In this document: positions 22,515 to 34,331 of the stretch, one piece after another | Layout of the letters: every line of letters starts with the position of its first letter | Position numbering within the stretch: position 1 is the stretch's first letter | Assembly: GCA_963813715.1 (NCBI GenBank) | Contig: CAWFAK010000005.1 | Coordinates: forward strand, 1,024,001-1,088,000 | Direction of reading: 5' to 3' | Length of the DNA stretch: 64,000 nucleotides | Source of the DNA: an uncultured Planctomycetaceae bacterium | GTDB taxonomy: Bacteria > Planctomycetota > Planctomycetia > Planctomycetales > Planctomycetaceae | Translations under genes and position numbers: made by a program | The notes under the pieces: model-generated | The model's input: the letters and a program-made list of their open reading frames with translations, nothing else | Databases searched by the model: none | Told to the model about the DNA's origin: nothing

Positions 22515-24279
22515 GGCTGGCCGTGCAGCGCGTTGGCCGCCCAGAGGCAGAGCCGCTCGCGATTGATCTTGGAGTTGTGGCGGAAGTCGACCGGCAGCGA
22601 CCGGTGAAAGAGAACGGTGTGGATGTCGAGCGTGAGTGGATTGGCGGCTGCCAGGTCGCGCAGCTCGGCCGCGAACTTTTGCCGATCGGCATTCCGCAAT
22701 GGGAACTGTTTCGGCCGGGGCTCGACGATGATCACGGGCGTTTGATCGCCGACCTGGCCCGGTTTGCGGATCACGCCGACGAGCGCACTGCGGGCGACGC
22801 GCGGATGCTCGTTGAAGATGGCCTCGCACGGCTCGGTGAAGAGGAGCCCCTTTGCCGTCGTCACGATGTGCGACTTGCGGCCGCAGTACCAGAGGCGTCC
22901 CTGATGGTCCAGATAGCCGACGTCGCCCATGCGATGCCAAAACGGAACTGGCGCCGTCGCATCGTGGTCTTCGTGCGGGTCGGCGATTTTGGCTTCGGCC
23001 TCGGCTAGCGGTTTGCGGAGGTAGCTGCGGGTGACGCTGGGGCCCTGGACGATAATTTCGCCGATCTGGCCGGCCGGCAGCTCGCGGGCCATCGACAGGG
23101 TAGCAATCGGCCCGTGCGTGATTTGGATGATCTTGATCGTCACTCCGGGAAACGCGCGGCCGACGCAGGTGCCGGCTCCGGTGCGCGTCCGCTCGGCCGT
23201 GTCATCGAGCACTTCGCGGCTCGAGATCGACGCAACGGGCAGGGCCTCGGTCGCGCCGTACGGCGTATATACCTCCGCGCAGGAGCAGTTGCGCGTCGTT
23301 TCTGGCAAACGGACCACGGCCGGCAGTTGGCGCGGCGCCTCATCAGATTTCGGTTCGGCATCGAGCAGATCGGTGAGCCGCTCGAGCAGGCTGACGGGCA
23401 CGGCGGCGCCGGCCGAGAACGCCCGCCGCAGCGAGCAGAGGCGGAGCTGATGCTCTTCGCAGTAGGTCACCACCCGTTGCCAAAGTGCGGGGGAGCCGAA
23501 CGACTGCGTGACGGTGTGGTCTTCGATCGCCTCGATGATGCGGGCTGGGTTCGCCTTGGCCGGTTTGGAGGGATTCATTTGCGGCACGACGGTCGTGGTG
23601 CCCATCGCGGCGTTAAACAGGCCAAAGAGCGGAAAGCCCGACAGGTCGACGCCGCCGGGCTGGATGCCGAAGCGGTCGCGAATCAGGTCGACCTGCGCGT
23701 TGAACATCCCGTGCTCGTAGATCACTCCCTTGGCTGGTCCGGTGCTGCCGCTGGTGAAGATCACCGCGGCCGGATCGGTGGCTTTGGCGGCGACGGTTTC
23801 AAACGGTTCCCAACGAGCCCGCGCAACTCTCGATAAGTCGGGCCTCCCCAAAACCAGCGACGGCCAACCGTGAGATTCAGCCGCGCCCGGCGAAATCGTC
23901 GCCGGTTGGCAATCCGCACCACGTGCACGAGCGGCAGGGCGAGGAAACCCTCGGGCTCGACGTCCTCCAGGCAATCGAGCAGCGAGGGCAAGCCCATGCC
24001 TGGATCGATCAGCACGATCACGGCCCCGGCCTTGAACGCCGCAAAGACCAGCGCGACGAACTCGATGCCGAAGCGGACCATCAGCACGAGCCGCGTCCCC
24101 GGACCAACGCCACGCTCGCGGAGGCCGCGGGCTAACAAATCGCTCTCCCGATCGAGCTGTCGGAAGGTGACGTGCGAATAGGCGGCGCGGCCGAGCGAAT
24201 CGCGTCCCGCGGCGGCGACGACAGCCACGGCATCGGGCGACTGCTCGGCCGTGGCCGTGAGTCGCAGTGCAATGTTCAT
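22511..24279 (-). CDS. oleC: OleC-like olefin beta-lactone synthetase (AMP-binding; frameshift near 23810)
   Basis: MNIALRL start, [57 protein letters not shown]. Confidence 0.85.
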
Positions 24280-24306
24280 CGACGGGGACACGCGATGGCA
24301 CCGCTC

Positions 24307-25128
24307 TCAATTCGAGGCACGGATCAGGATTTCGCCCTTGCCCAGCTCCAGAAAGTCTCCGCAGTATCTCCGATAGCGGGCCGCGAAGCACTCGTCGGGC
24401 ACAAAAAAGCCCATTTCCCGCAAGCGCAGCAGAGAATAGCGCAGAAACACGGGCGCGAAATCTCCGCTGGCCGGAAGGTCGACAGCAGGGCCGGCGGGCT
24501 GTGCGTGCCCAAGAGGCCGATCGTCCCGCGCTTCATGCCGGCCCCGGGTCGAATGCCCACCTCGCCGAAAAGCAGGATTGAACCGGCGATCAGGTTGAAG
24601 CCGGGAGCGAGTCCCGCGCGGCCGCCGACGGCGATCAGCCCGCGACGCATCGTGTGGCCGATCTCGTCGCCCGCATTGCCGTCGATCAGGATTTCGCCCC
24701 CCGTCATTCCCCGGCGACCGCCGCGATAGACGGCTCCGACCAGGTTGCCGGCCGAGCCGCGAATGTGAATGCGACCGCCGTGCATTTCGGCCCCGACCCA
24801 GTCAGCCGCGTTGCCGCTGACGGTGATGCTGCCGCCGCGCATCTCGGCGCCCAGATGCATGCCCGCGTTTCCCTCGACGCGGATTTGCCCGTCCGTCATT
24901 CGCGCGCCGATCAGTTTGACCTGCGCAGTCTCCCTCCCAGACGAGTTCGCTATCGGCCGCGCTGCCGGAGACGCGGAAGAAATCGCCGAGGGAAACGCGG
25001 GCATTGCCGTGCTGAATGACGGTCCGCCGCACGTCTTCGACCGATTGTTCGCGAACGGTCTCCAGGCGCACCGCATCGACCTCGAGCGGAATCGAGCTCG
25101 GCTGTTCTAAGCGGAGCACCAGGGGCAT
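24307..25128 (-). CDS. fhcC: Formylmethanofuran dehydrogenase subunit C / formyltransferase-hydrolase complex subunit C (2 frameshifts)
   Basis: [15 protein letters not shown], repeated GxxMxGGxIxxxGNAG beta-helix units, [30 protein letters not shown]. Confidence 0.88.
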
Positions 25129-25198
25129 CGTGCCACTTCTACGCATTGCCCCGGCGCGACGCAAGCAGAGCGAGCGGTTGCCGTCCAGCGGCCGGCGA

Positions 25199-26072
25199 CT
25201 ACGGACTGGACGTCCCCGTGCTCACCACCGGCTGGGCGTTCTGCTCGCTGCAGAGGACGACCAGCAGATTGCTGACCATCGCCGCGCGGCGTTCGTCGTT
25301 GAGCGTGAGGACGTTGCGCTGTGCCAGGTCTGAGAGGGCCATTTCGACGATGCTCACGGCGCCGTGCACGATCTTCTGGCGGGCGGCGATGATGGCGTCG
25401 GCCTGTTGCGCGCTCGAGCATGGCTCCGGCGATTTCCGGAGCGTAGGCCAGGTGCGTGAGCCGCGCCTCTTCGACCGCGACTCCCGCCTCGGCCAGCCGC
25501 GTCTGCAGTTCGGCCTTGAGGAAGGTCGAGACCTCATCGACGCCGCTACGAAGCGTGATCTCGTGCTCTTCGCCGTGGTCGTAGGCGTACGAGTTGGCGA
25601 GGTGCCGCACGGCCGATTCGCTTTGCACGCGGACGTAGGTCGTATAGTCGGCGACGTTGAAGCTGGCGCGGGCCGTGTCCTGCACCCGCCAGACAACGAC
25701 GGCCGCGATCTCGATCGGGTTGCCCTGCTTGTCGTTCACCTTGAGCAGGCCTCCCTCGAGGTTCCGCAGCCGCAGCGAAATCGGCTTGCGAATGACGAAC
25801 GGATTGGCCCAGAAGAAGCCCGTGTCCCGCACGGTGCCCCGATATTCGCCGAAGAGCAGCATCACCCGCGCCATGTTCGGCTGCTGGGCGAAGAGTCCAA
25901 CCGACGAAATGACGACGCCGACTGCCAACAAGAGGGCGATCACGATGATGACCGGCGATTGCTGCACGGCGCCCGTGATGAACAGGGCCAGTGCCAGCAG
26001 AGCGCCAGCGATGCAGACGAACAGCATCGTCCAACCGGAGGAGCTGGGATAGTTTTTCTCGGTCGCCATCAT
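25199..26072 (-). CDS. SPFH (band 7) domain membrane protein (frameshift near 25410)
   Basis: [55 protein letters not shown]. Confidence 0.9.
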
Positions 26073-26340
26073 TGGACTCCAAAGAGGTCTTCGCGAGAGA
26101 TTCTCGGTCAGCGACTTTTGCTTTTGACTTCGTTTGTGTGTTCGCCCCTGGAAACGTCGGCGAGGGGCGTTTGGATCACAGCGGGTTCTGACGCGCGGAC
26201 CGAAGGACGGTTGGCCAAAGGCTTTAACGGCAGCCCACGGCGCGGCCGGTTGTGACTACGTTAACCCAGTCCCGGGGGTCTTTGCACGAAGATTCCCTGC
26301 TGCGATCGGTGACCGCTCGTTTCGTGCGGGCGAGGGTTCG

Positions 26341-26376
26341 AAAAAGAAAAACCCAGGCTGTTGGGCCTGGGCTTTT
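26341..26376 (-). terminator. Intrinsic terminator after clpC
   Basis: CCCAGGC / GCCTGGG stem followed by TTTTTCTTTTT on the minus strand. Confidence 0.75.
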
Positions 26377-26398
26377 CAGGTAATCCAATCGGACAAGT

Positions 26399-28925
26399 TT
26401 ACGAAGCGCTCGGCGGCGCCGACTCCTTGTCGCCTGAGCCGGCTCCCACGAGTTCGCCTTCGCCCGTGCCGGTGCCGACGAAGTCGAGCTGCTTCTGGTC
26501 GCCCACTTCCTTGACCGTGACCAGAATGCGGGTCTTGCCTTCGAAGGCGCCTCGCAAGAGTTCTTCGGAGAGCGGGTCTTCGATGTAGGTCGACACGCTA
26601 CGACGCAGCGGCCGGGCGCCGTAATCGGTGTCCCCACCCCTGTCGATGATGAACTCGCGAGCTTCGTCGGTCAGCTCCAGCTTCAGGCCGCGCTCGGCCA
26701 GCCGGTTGTAGACCTTCCCCAGCTCGATGTCGACGATCTTCTTCAGGTTGTCGCGCGTCAGCTTGCGGAAGACGACGATCTCGTCGATACGGCCGATGAA
26801 CTCCGGCTTGAACTCGCGTTCGATCACGTGCTTCAGCCGTTCCCGCATCTTGTCGTAGTTGCTGTCCTCGTCCCGCTTGCCGAAGCCGAAGACGTCGCCC
26901 TGATTGATGACGTCGGCTCCTGCGTTGGTCGTCATGATCAGCACCACGTTGCGGAAGTCGACCTTGCGGCCGAAGCTGTCCGTGAGGTGGCCTTCTTCCA
27001 TGATCTGCAGCAGCATGTTGAAGACGTCGGGGTGGGCCTTCTCGATTTCGTCCAAGAGGACGACCGAGTAGGGCCGACGGCGAATCTTCTCGGTGAGCTG
27101 ACCACCCTCTTCGTAGCCGACATAGCCCGGCGGTGCGCCGATCAGCCGGCTGACGTTGTGCTTCTCCATGTACTCGCTCATGTCGATCTGCACGAGGGCC
27201 TCTTCGTCGCCGAACATGAATTCGGCGAGCGTCTTGGCCAGCAGCGTCTTACCGACGCCCGTGGGACCGGAGAGCAAGAACACGCCCGTGGGCCGCTTTG
27301 GATCTTTCAGTCCGCTGCGGCTGCGGCGGACCGCCTTGGCGATCTGCTTGATCGCTTCGTCCTGGCTGACGATCCGCTTGTGCAGCTCGTCTTCCATCGC
27401 GAGCAACCGAACCGCGTCCTCGCTCGACAGCCGCGTCAGCGGCACACCCGTCATGCGGGCGACCACGTCGGCGATCACGTCGGCATCGACGACGCCGTCG
27501 GTCTCGCGGGCCTTGTCGCGCCACTCGCGGGTGAGCGATTCCTTCTTCTTCTTGAGCTTGTCGGCCTGATCGCGGAGGCCAGCCGCCTTCTCGAAGTCCT
27601 GGTTGGCGACCGCTTCTTCCTTGGCGACGTTGAGCCGCTCGATCTCTTCTTCCAGTTCTTTCAAGTCCGGCGGACGGACCATCGACTTCAGCCGGATCCG
27701 GGCACCCGCCTCGTCGATGACGTCGATCGCCTTGTCCGGCAGGCAGCGGCCCGTGATGTAACGGGACGACAGCTCGACGGCCTTGGCCAATGCGTCGTCG
27801 GTGTACTGCACGCGATGGTGCGACTCGTACCGGTCGCGGAGCCCCTTCAGGATCAGAACGGTCTGCTCCTGGCTGGGCGGCTCGACCATCACGGTCTGGA
27901 AGCGGCGTTCGAGCGCCCCGTCCTTCTCGATGTACTTGCGGTACTCGTCGAGAGTCGTGGCGCCGATGCACTGCAGCTCGCCCCGGCTCAGGGCCGGCTT
28001 GAGCACGTTCGACGCGTCGATGGCCCCTTCGGCCCCGCCCGCGCCGACCAGCGTGTGCAACTCGTCGATAAACAGGATCGTGTTCTTCGCGCGGCGAACT
28101 TCGTTCATCACCGCCTTGATCCGCTCCTCGAACTGGCCGCGATACTTGGTGCCGGCGACCATCATCGCCAGGTCGAGCACGACCACGCGCTTGTCGCGGA
28201 GCAGCTCGGGAACGTTTGCGTCGACCACCATCTGGGCAAAGCCCTCGACGATGGCCGTCTTGCCGACGCCCGCCTCGCCCAACAGGACGGGGTTGTTCTT
28301 CTGGCGGCGGCAGAGGATCTGAATCGACGCGCTCGATCTCGCGCTCGCGGCCGATCACCGGGTCCAGCTTGCCCTGGCGGGCCAGATCGGTCAGGTCGCG
28401 ACCGAAACTGTCGAGGGCCGGGGTCTTGCTCTTGCCGGCCTTCTGCTGGGCGGCCGTGCCGCGCTCGCCGGTTTCGGAGGCTTCCAGCCCGTGGCCGAGC
28501 AGGTTGAGGACTTCCTCGCGAACGTCTTCGAGCTTCATTCCCAAGTTCATGAGAACCTGGGCGGCCACTCCTTCTTGTTCGCGGAGCAGGCCAAGCAATA
28601 AGTGTTCGGTGCCAACGTAGTTATGGTTGAGGTTGCGGGCCTCTTCCATCGCGTATTCGATGACTTTTTTGGCTCGCGGTGTCTGGGGCAGCTTGCCCAT
28701 CGTCACCATGTCGGGACCCGACTGGACGATCTTTTCGACTTCCAGACGGATTTTCCGCAGGTCGACGTCGAGGTTCTTGAGCACATTCGCCGCGACGCCG
28801 GAGCCTTCCTTCACCAGTCCGAGCAGGATGTGCTCGGTGCCGATGTATTCGTGGTTGAAGCGCTGCGCCTCTTGGTTGGCGAGCTGCATCACTTTTCGGG
28901 CTCGATCGGTAAATCGTTCGTACAT
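26399..28925 (-). CDS. clpC: ATP-dependent Clp protease ATP-binding subunit ClpC (frameshift near 28325)
   Basis: [12 protein letters not shown]lp_N repeats, GEAGVGKT and GPTGVGKT Walker A motifs, UVR-type M-domain, GAPPGYVGY. Confidence 0.96.
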
Positions 28926-29515
28926 CCGGTTTTCTCCCGTCCCGTCCAAGCTATTTGGACCGCAGGGTTTTTTCCCCGCTGCACACTCCACACGTCGCAA
29001 AGCCGTGCCACCCTGGGACGGTATGACACGGCTCGTATTAGTCGCCGTCGGGCGTTTTCGCCCGAAACGGGCGACCGCATTGACGGGCGGCCGATCAACA
29101 ATACGTCGTTATCGCAGCGGCCGCGGGCTGATTGTAAAAGTGTAAAGCGCTCGGCAAGCCCCCGTCGCAGCGATGTCGGTTCTCAGCAAGTTGCTTTTGG
29201 TAGAGCCGCAGCAACCGACAAAATCCACAAGCCGATCCATCAGCGCCGACCGATACAATCACTACGGTCGGACGCGTTGAACTAGCTCCAACGCGCTCCG
29301 AATTCTAGTGCTGGCCTAGGGGAAGGACAAGGTACGCCATGCACCGGTTCAGTCCAACCGTACCCAGTTTGAGCCGAAGATGACGGCAGTTCGAGGGACG
29401 AACAAATCGGCGAACCAACCGGCGCGGAAGTGAGAAGCTTTTGTACGCTTGGCGGGGTCGGACGGCATCGGGATGTGCCATTACCGTCGGATTGCGGAGG
29501 ATATGGGGAGCGCGG

Positions 29516-29776
29516 ATGAAGCACGCAGGTGACGAGGCACTCGACGGCCTGGAGGAACTGCTGGTGCGAATCCGCGAACTCGCCGGCTTGAAGGAGCGCA
29601 AGCGAGGCGTTTTCTACCGCGGATCCTCCGCGTTTCTGCACTTCCACGAAGATCCCGCTGGAATGTTTGCCGACGTGCGGACTGACTCGGACTGGCAGCG
29701 AGTACCGGTGAACAGTCGGGCGGAGCAGCGGGAGCTGGTGGCAAAGATACGAGCCGCCCTCAGCGGACCCGGTTAG
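29516..29776 (+). CDS. Small conserved hypothetical protein
   Basis: MKHAG...GVFYRGSSAFLHFHEDPAGMFADVR; GGGGAG RBS upstream. Confidence 0.7.
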   Translation: MKHAGDEALDGLEELLVRIRELAGLKERKRGVFYRGSSAFLHFHEDPAGMFADVRTDSDWQRVPVNSRAEQRELVAKIRAALSGPG

Positions 29777-29781
29777 TTCTT

Positions 29782-29822
29782 GTAGGGTGTGACAAGTCCG
29801 CCGCAGGCGGACGCAGGCACAC
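29782..29822 (+). repeat. GTAG-type REP-like palindrome
   Basis: GTAG tetranucleotide, then GTGTG...GTCCGCC-GCA-GGCGGAC...CACAC, between convergent genes. Confidence 0.65.
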
Positions 29823-29832
29823 GAACCGAGCC

Positions 29833-31020
29833 TTACGCCGCCACCCGCCGATTTTCGCGGGCGACCGTCACGCGTTCGAGGGCCGCGCGGTCGATCGTGA
29901 CGCCCAGGCCGGGGTCGCGGAGGGCGGGGGCCCAGCCGCCGAAGCCGAAGGTTAGATCTTCGGTCGTCAGACGTTCGGCGACGAGCAGGCGGTCAAAACT
30001 GCCTTCGCGGTAGCGTATGCCGGCGACCGAGGTTGCGAAGTGGCGGCCGGCCGCGGACAGAATTCCCGTCTCGCCGACCTGGCAGCCCAGTTGATAGCCG
30101 AGGCCGGCGCGGGCCGCCGCCGCGGCAATGCGTAAGGACGGAACAAAACCGCCGCACTTCGAGAGGCGGATGTTGAACAGGTCGCAGGTGCCGTGCTCGA
30201 TCGCCCGCTGGGCGTCGGACTGACTGCAGAGGGATTCGTCGAGCATCACCGGCACGCCCAAGCGCGAGCGGACTGCGGCCAGACCCTCGACTTCGCCATG
30301 CGGCACCGGCTGCTCGAGCGACGTGATGCCCAGCGGCACCAGCGGGGCGACGTGCGATTCCAGCTCGCGGCAGGTCCAGGCTTCGTTGGCGTCGACCCGC
30401 AGGTCGCAGCCGCCGCCGAACGCCCGCCGCACGCGGAGCACGGCTGCCCGGTCGTCGGTGCCGGCCACGCCCACCTTCATCTTGCACTGATTGAAACCGA
30501 ACAGGCGGAAGGCCACGCTGCGGAGTACGGCTTTGACGGGCGAAAGCGCGGTCAGCACGGCACTGTAACGGACCCGCTTTTCATTCTGACGCAGGCCTTC
30601 CGTCTCGGCGACCAGCGTGGTGACGTCGGAGAGCGGGCGGCCGCAGGCCCGGGCGACCGCGTCCAGCACGGCCAGTTCGACAGCACACCGCAGCGAATTG
30701 CCAAAGCAGTCGCGCTGGCCGGGCGGACTGACCGCGTCGAGGCGAATCCGGTCGCAGAGGGCGACCGCCTGGCTCAAGTCATGGATCGGCTCGCCCAGCA
30801 TGCGGGGCCAGTCGGCTGAGCGGAATTGTTCCCAGGCAGTTTCGATCGTCTCGCCGGTGACGTACGCGCGAGGCAGTCCCTCGCCCCAGCCTTCGGTGCC
30901 GTCGTCCAGGCGGCAGCAGACGACGATCGAGTGGGTGTCGGTCCGCGCGTGCGAGGCGTGTTTCACCTGGCTCCGCAGCGGGATCAGTACGTGATAGGCG
31001 TCGAGGCTCTGGATGCGCAT
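29833..31020 (-). CDS. Enolase-superfamily enzyme (MLE / dipeptide-epimerase subgroup)
   Basis: KMK, RVDAN, LEQP, LDES metal ligands; GCQVGETG. Confidence 0.85.
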   Translation of the reverse strand: MRIQSLDAYHVLIPLRSQVKHASHARTDTHSIVVCCRLDDGTEGWGEGLPRAYVTGETIETAWEQFRSADWPRMLGEPIHDLSQAVALCDRIRLDAVSPPGQRDCFGNSLRCAVELAVLDAVARACGRPLSDVTTLVAETEGLRQNEKRVRYSAVLTALSPVKAVLRSVAFRLFGFNQCKMKVGVAGTDDRAAVLRVRRAFGGGCDLRVDANEAWTCRELESHVAPLVPLGITSLEQPVPHGEVEGLAAVRSRLGVPVMLDESLCSQSDAQRAIEHGTCDLFNIRLSKCGGFVPSLRIAAAAARAGLGYQLGCQVGETGILSAAGRHFATSVAGIRYREGSFDRLLVAERLTTEDLTFGFGGWAPALRDPGLGVTIDRAALERVTVARENRRVAA

Positions 31021-31063
31021 GGGCGCGCCGAAGGTCGAGTACAGACAAGGGAGAATTAAGCAC

Positions 31064-31089
31064 CCGCCAGCTGACGCTGGCGGCTCGCC
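31064..31089 (+). repeat. REP-like hairpin, stem-TGAC-stem-CTCG family
   Basis: CCGCCAGC-TGAC-GCTGGCGG-CTCGCC; same architecture at 52278, 56462 and 56559. Confidence 0.65.
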
Positions 31090-31139
31090 GGGTCAAGCGG
31101 CAATCGGGCTTCTAATTCAAACTGCGGCGGCTGGCTAGC

Positions 31140-32471
31140 TTAGTTCGTCCCCAAGCCGGCTTTGGACTCGGCGGCGCGGGAGGTGGTGGCGGTCGCGGGC
31201 GTCGCCTCGATGCGGTAGAGGTGCGAGTCGGTCCGCAGCAGGAGGGCCCGGCCGCAGACGGTCGGCGTGGCGAGAATGCGACCGTCGAGCTCGTTGGCGG
31301 CGACCTGCTCAAAACTCTTGCCGGGACGGATCACCGTCGTCTTCCCCTGCTCGTTGACGCAGTAGACGTAGCGCCCCAAAGAGAGCAACGATGCCGAGAA
31401 GGTCCCGCCCACGCGATGCTGCCAAATCGGCCGCCCGGTTTCCGGAGAAATGCAGGAGAGCACCCCCTGATCGGTGACGTCGTAGACACGCCCCTCGGCC
31501 AGCACCGGCGATGCGCTGGCTCCAACCTGCCGGGGCATTTTCCACAGCACGTTGGAATGGGTCACGTCCCCGCGGCCTCCGAGTCGAATCGCCCAAAGTT
31601 GGGGGGCGGAAAAGTCGGTCACGACATAGACGCGGTCATGGTCGAGGAGTGGCACCGGCACTTCCGACCAACCGGAGTATCGGACGCACCAGAGTTCGGC
31701 TCCGGTCCGCGGGTCGAACGCGTTGACTTCTTCGGCCGCCGGGCTGATCAGCTGAGGCCGGCCCGCGACGTCTACCAGCGCCGGCGTCGAAAACGCTTTC
31801 CGCATATCGGGGCGCTTCTCATCGACCGAGATCGAGCGTTTTGACTTCCACGCGATCTGGCCGGTTTGTTTCGAGAGGGCGACGACGAACTGCCGGTCGG
31901 TCCCGTCGCAATTGACGATCAGCAGATCTTCAAACAGGACCGGCGAGCTTCCAGCACCTTCGCCGTGGTCGATCACCAAATCCTGGTTTCGCCAAAGAAT
32001 CTTCCCGGTCGCCGAATCGAGACAGGCAGTCCCCGCCGCGCCGAAATGCACATAAAGGCGACCCGGCTCGACGATCGGGCTGGGAGATGCGTGCGAATTC
32101 TTGGCGTTGATGTGTTGCGGATTGTCGGCGTGGAAGACTTCGACGTCCCAGCGGACCTTGCCCGTGTCGGCGGCCAGGCACAGCGCCCGCAACGAGTGGC
32201 CGCTTTCCGTGGCCGTCGTCAGCCAAATGCTCCCGTCGAGCGTGACTGGAGAGGACCAGCCGCGGCCGGCGATCGGCGTCTTCCAGACGATCCCTTCGTG
32301 CTCGCTCCAGGTCACCGGCAGATCGGTGCTGGCGCAGCGGCCCTGCCCATTCGGACCACGAAACTGGGTCCACTCGTCGGCCCGCAGCGACACGGCGGCG
32401 GCCAACAGGCAGAGACTGATGCCCAGAGCGGGCACCCGAGCGACTCGACACAGATTCTCCATCGGTGACAC
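31140..32471 (-). CDS. PQQ-binding-like beta-propeller protein (planctomycete BamB-like family)
   Basis: Signal peptide, WTQFRGPNGQG, GWSSPV, repeated TGxxxW blades. Confidence 0.9.
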   Translation of the reverse strand: MSPMENLCRVARVPALGISLCLLAAAVSLRADEWTQFRGPNGQGRCASTDLPVTWSEHEGIVWKTPIAGRGWSSPVTLDGSIWLTTATESGHSLRALCLAADTGKVRWDVEVFHADNPQHINAKNSHASPSPIVEPGRLYVHFGAAGTACLDSATGKILWRNQDLVIDHGEGAGSSPVLFEDLLIVNCDGTDRQFVVALSKQTGQIAWKSKRSISVDEKRPDMRKAFSTPALVDVAGRPQLISPAAEEVNAFDPRTGAELWCVRYSGWSEVPVPLLDHDRVYVVTDFSAPQLWAIRLGGRGDVTHSNVLWKMPRQVGASASPVLAEGRVYDVTDQGVLSCISPETGRPIWQHRVGGTFSASLLSLGRYVYCVNEQGKTTVIRPGKSFEQVAANELDGRILATPTVCGRALLLRTDSHLYRIEATPATATTSRAAESKAGLGTN

Positions 32472-32708
32472 GCTTCCTCGAATCCGATTTTCGCATGGGC
32501 CGAGAGCGCGCCGGCCGACTGTGTGCAGCCCTGTTCGGTCGCGAACAGAGCCGCCTGACTACTTCGATCCGGTCGATTCTAAGCGATGTCCCCGCACATT
32601 TCCTGTCCGCGGTCAGACGCAAGCCTTGGCGGAGCGACCGTTTGCACGCTTATAATGCGCTCGGACCCGCGTGAGACCCGAAACTCGCGACGCAAGGCAG
32701 GCGGCAAC

Positions 32709-33650
32709 GTGTCAGAAGCCGAACTCGAAAGTGAAGACCGGGGCCGATTTCCCGCCGAACGGCCGGCCGACCGCTATGTCGTCCGTTACGGACTGATGCG
32801 GCTGGTGGCTGAGTTCGCTGCCCGCGCTCCGCAAAGGCTCCTCCGCAGCACGTCGGTCATCGTCCGCAGCAGCCGCGGCGTCGAATGGGGCGAAGTCCTC
32901 TGCCCGGCCAGCGAGCGGACGGCTACCTACTTGGAAAGCCACGAGAGCATCGGGAAAATTCTGCGGCTGGCCAACGACGACGACGTCCGCCAGCGGGACG
33001 ACGTCTACCGGCAGGAGCGGGACGAGTTCCTGGGCTGTCGCGAGATGATCGGCGAGCGACACCTGGGAATGCAGCTGGTCGACGTCGAGCACTTGCTCGG
33101 CGGCGAGCGGCTCATCTTTTACTACCTGGCCGAGGAGCGGGTCGACTTCCGCGACCTGGTCAAGGCCCTGGCTAAGCGGTACAAAACCCGCATCGAGATG
33201 CGCCAGATCGGCGTGCGGGACGAGGCCAAGCTGCTGGCCGACTATGGCGATTGCGGCAAGCCCGTCTGCTGCAATACGCACCTTCGCGAGATGCCCCCCG
33301 TCTCGATGAAGATGGCCAAGATCCAGAAAGCAACCCTGGACCCGGCAAAGATTTCAGGCCGCTGCGGCCGTCTCAAATGCTGCCTTCGCTATGAGTACGA
33401 CACGTACGAGGAATATCGCCGCGACCTGCCCAAGGTCGGCACGATGGTGATGACGCGGATCGGGCAGGGGAAGGTGATCGCCCAGGAGATTCTGGCGCGG
33501 AAGCTTCTTGTCCGATACGACGGACCCCGCGACGTGCTGACCGAAGAGCGGGAGATTTTGACGGTCATCAAGGGAGGCGTTCGTCCCGCGGACGACGACG
33601 CCGACGATGACCGCCCCGCGGCGCCAGAGCGGCGTGCCGAGCGCAATTGA
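32709..33650 (+). CDS. PSP1/RicT (YaaT)-family Fe-S protein
   Basis: RVDFRDLVK, RIEMRQIGVRDEAK, CGKPVCC, KISGRCGRLKCCLRYE. Confidence 0.92.
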   Translation: MSEAELESEDRGRFPAERPADRYVVRYGLMRLVAEFAARAPQRLLRSTSVIVRSSRGVEWGEVLCPASERTATYLESHESIGKILRLANDDDVRQRDDVYRQERDEFLGCREMIGERHLGMQLVDVEHLLGGERLIFYYLAEERVDFRDLVKALAKRYKTRIEMRQIGVRDEAKLLADYGDCGKPVCCNTHLREMPPVSMKMAKIQKATLDPAKISGRCGRLKCCLRYEYDTYEEYRRDLPKVGTMVMTRIGQGKVIAQEILARKLLVRYDGPRDVLTEEREILTVIKGGVRPADDDADDDRPAAPERRAERN

Positions 33651-33932
33651 CCGGCGTCGCCGCCTTAAATTGAGCGTGACGGGGCGCGGGTGAGCGAAGA
33701 AAAATCAGCCGTCGGCTTAATTTCCGCATTGTGCACTTGCGGGCCAAGATGATAATCTCAAAAGCGTTCTGGTTGAGAACGGATCACTCTGCCAGTCGCA
33801 TGACCACAGGCGAGCGCTCGGCTGTTCGTGCGTTGGACGGCTCAAATTTTGGGTGCGGAACGACACGATTTCGTCCCGCGCGAGCGATTGCCGTATCGCA
33901 CTGCAGTCGCTCGGAAAGAGCGAGGCATTTTG

Positions 33933-34331
33933 ATGACGACGACCAGCCGGACTATCGAGCGGGAGGCTCGGTACCATCCGAACGCCTACCACTTCGTCTA
34001 CGACGCCCTGCGGTTCACGCAGCAAACTTTGAATCGCGGCGTGGCCGAGAGTGAAGAGTCGGAAGACGCCCACATCTCGGGCGTGGAGTTGCTCGGCGGC
34101 ATTCGCGAGTTCGCCTTGTTGCAGTTCGGGCTGCTGACTCGCACGGTCTTTCGACACTGGGGCATTCGCAGCACGGGCGATTTCGGACGAATCGTCTTCG
34201 AGCTGATCAGCCGCGGCAAGATGAGCAAGACCGATCGCGATCAGCTGAGCGATTTCTTCGACGTCTACGACTTCGAGGAAGCCTTCGACCGCAATTACCA
34301 GCTCGACGCGAAGAAGGTCTTCAGCCGGTGA
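33933..34331 (+). CDS. Minf_1886-family (Planctomycetes/Verrucomicrobia-restricted) protein
   Basis: [42 protein letters not shown]. Confidence 0.8.
   Translation: MTTTSRTIEREARYHPNAYHFVYDALRFTQQTLNRGVAESEESEDAHISGVELLGGIREFALLQFGLLTRTVFRHWGIRSTGDFGRIVFELISRGKMSKTDRDQLSDFFDVYDFEEAFDRNYQLDAKKVFSR

Noticed and set aside
26828..28507. 559 aa plus-strand ORF opposite clpC
   Set aside because: Antisense shadow of a highly conserved gene
28926..29515. CtsR or CIRCE heat-shock operator upstream of clpC
   Set aside because: No GGTCAAA-type direct repeat or TTAGCACTC-N9-GAGTGCTAA inverted repeat found by eye
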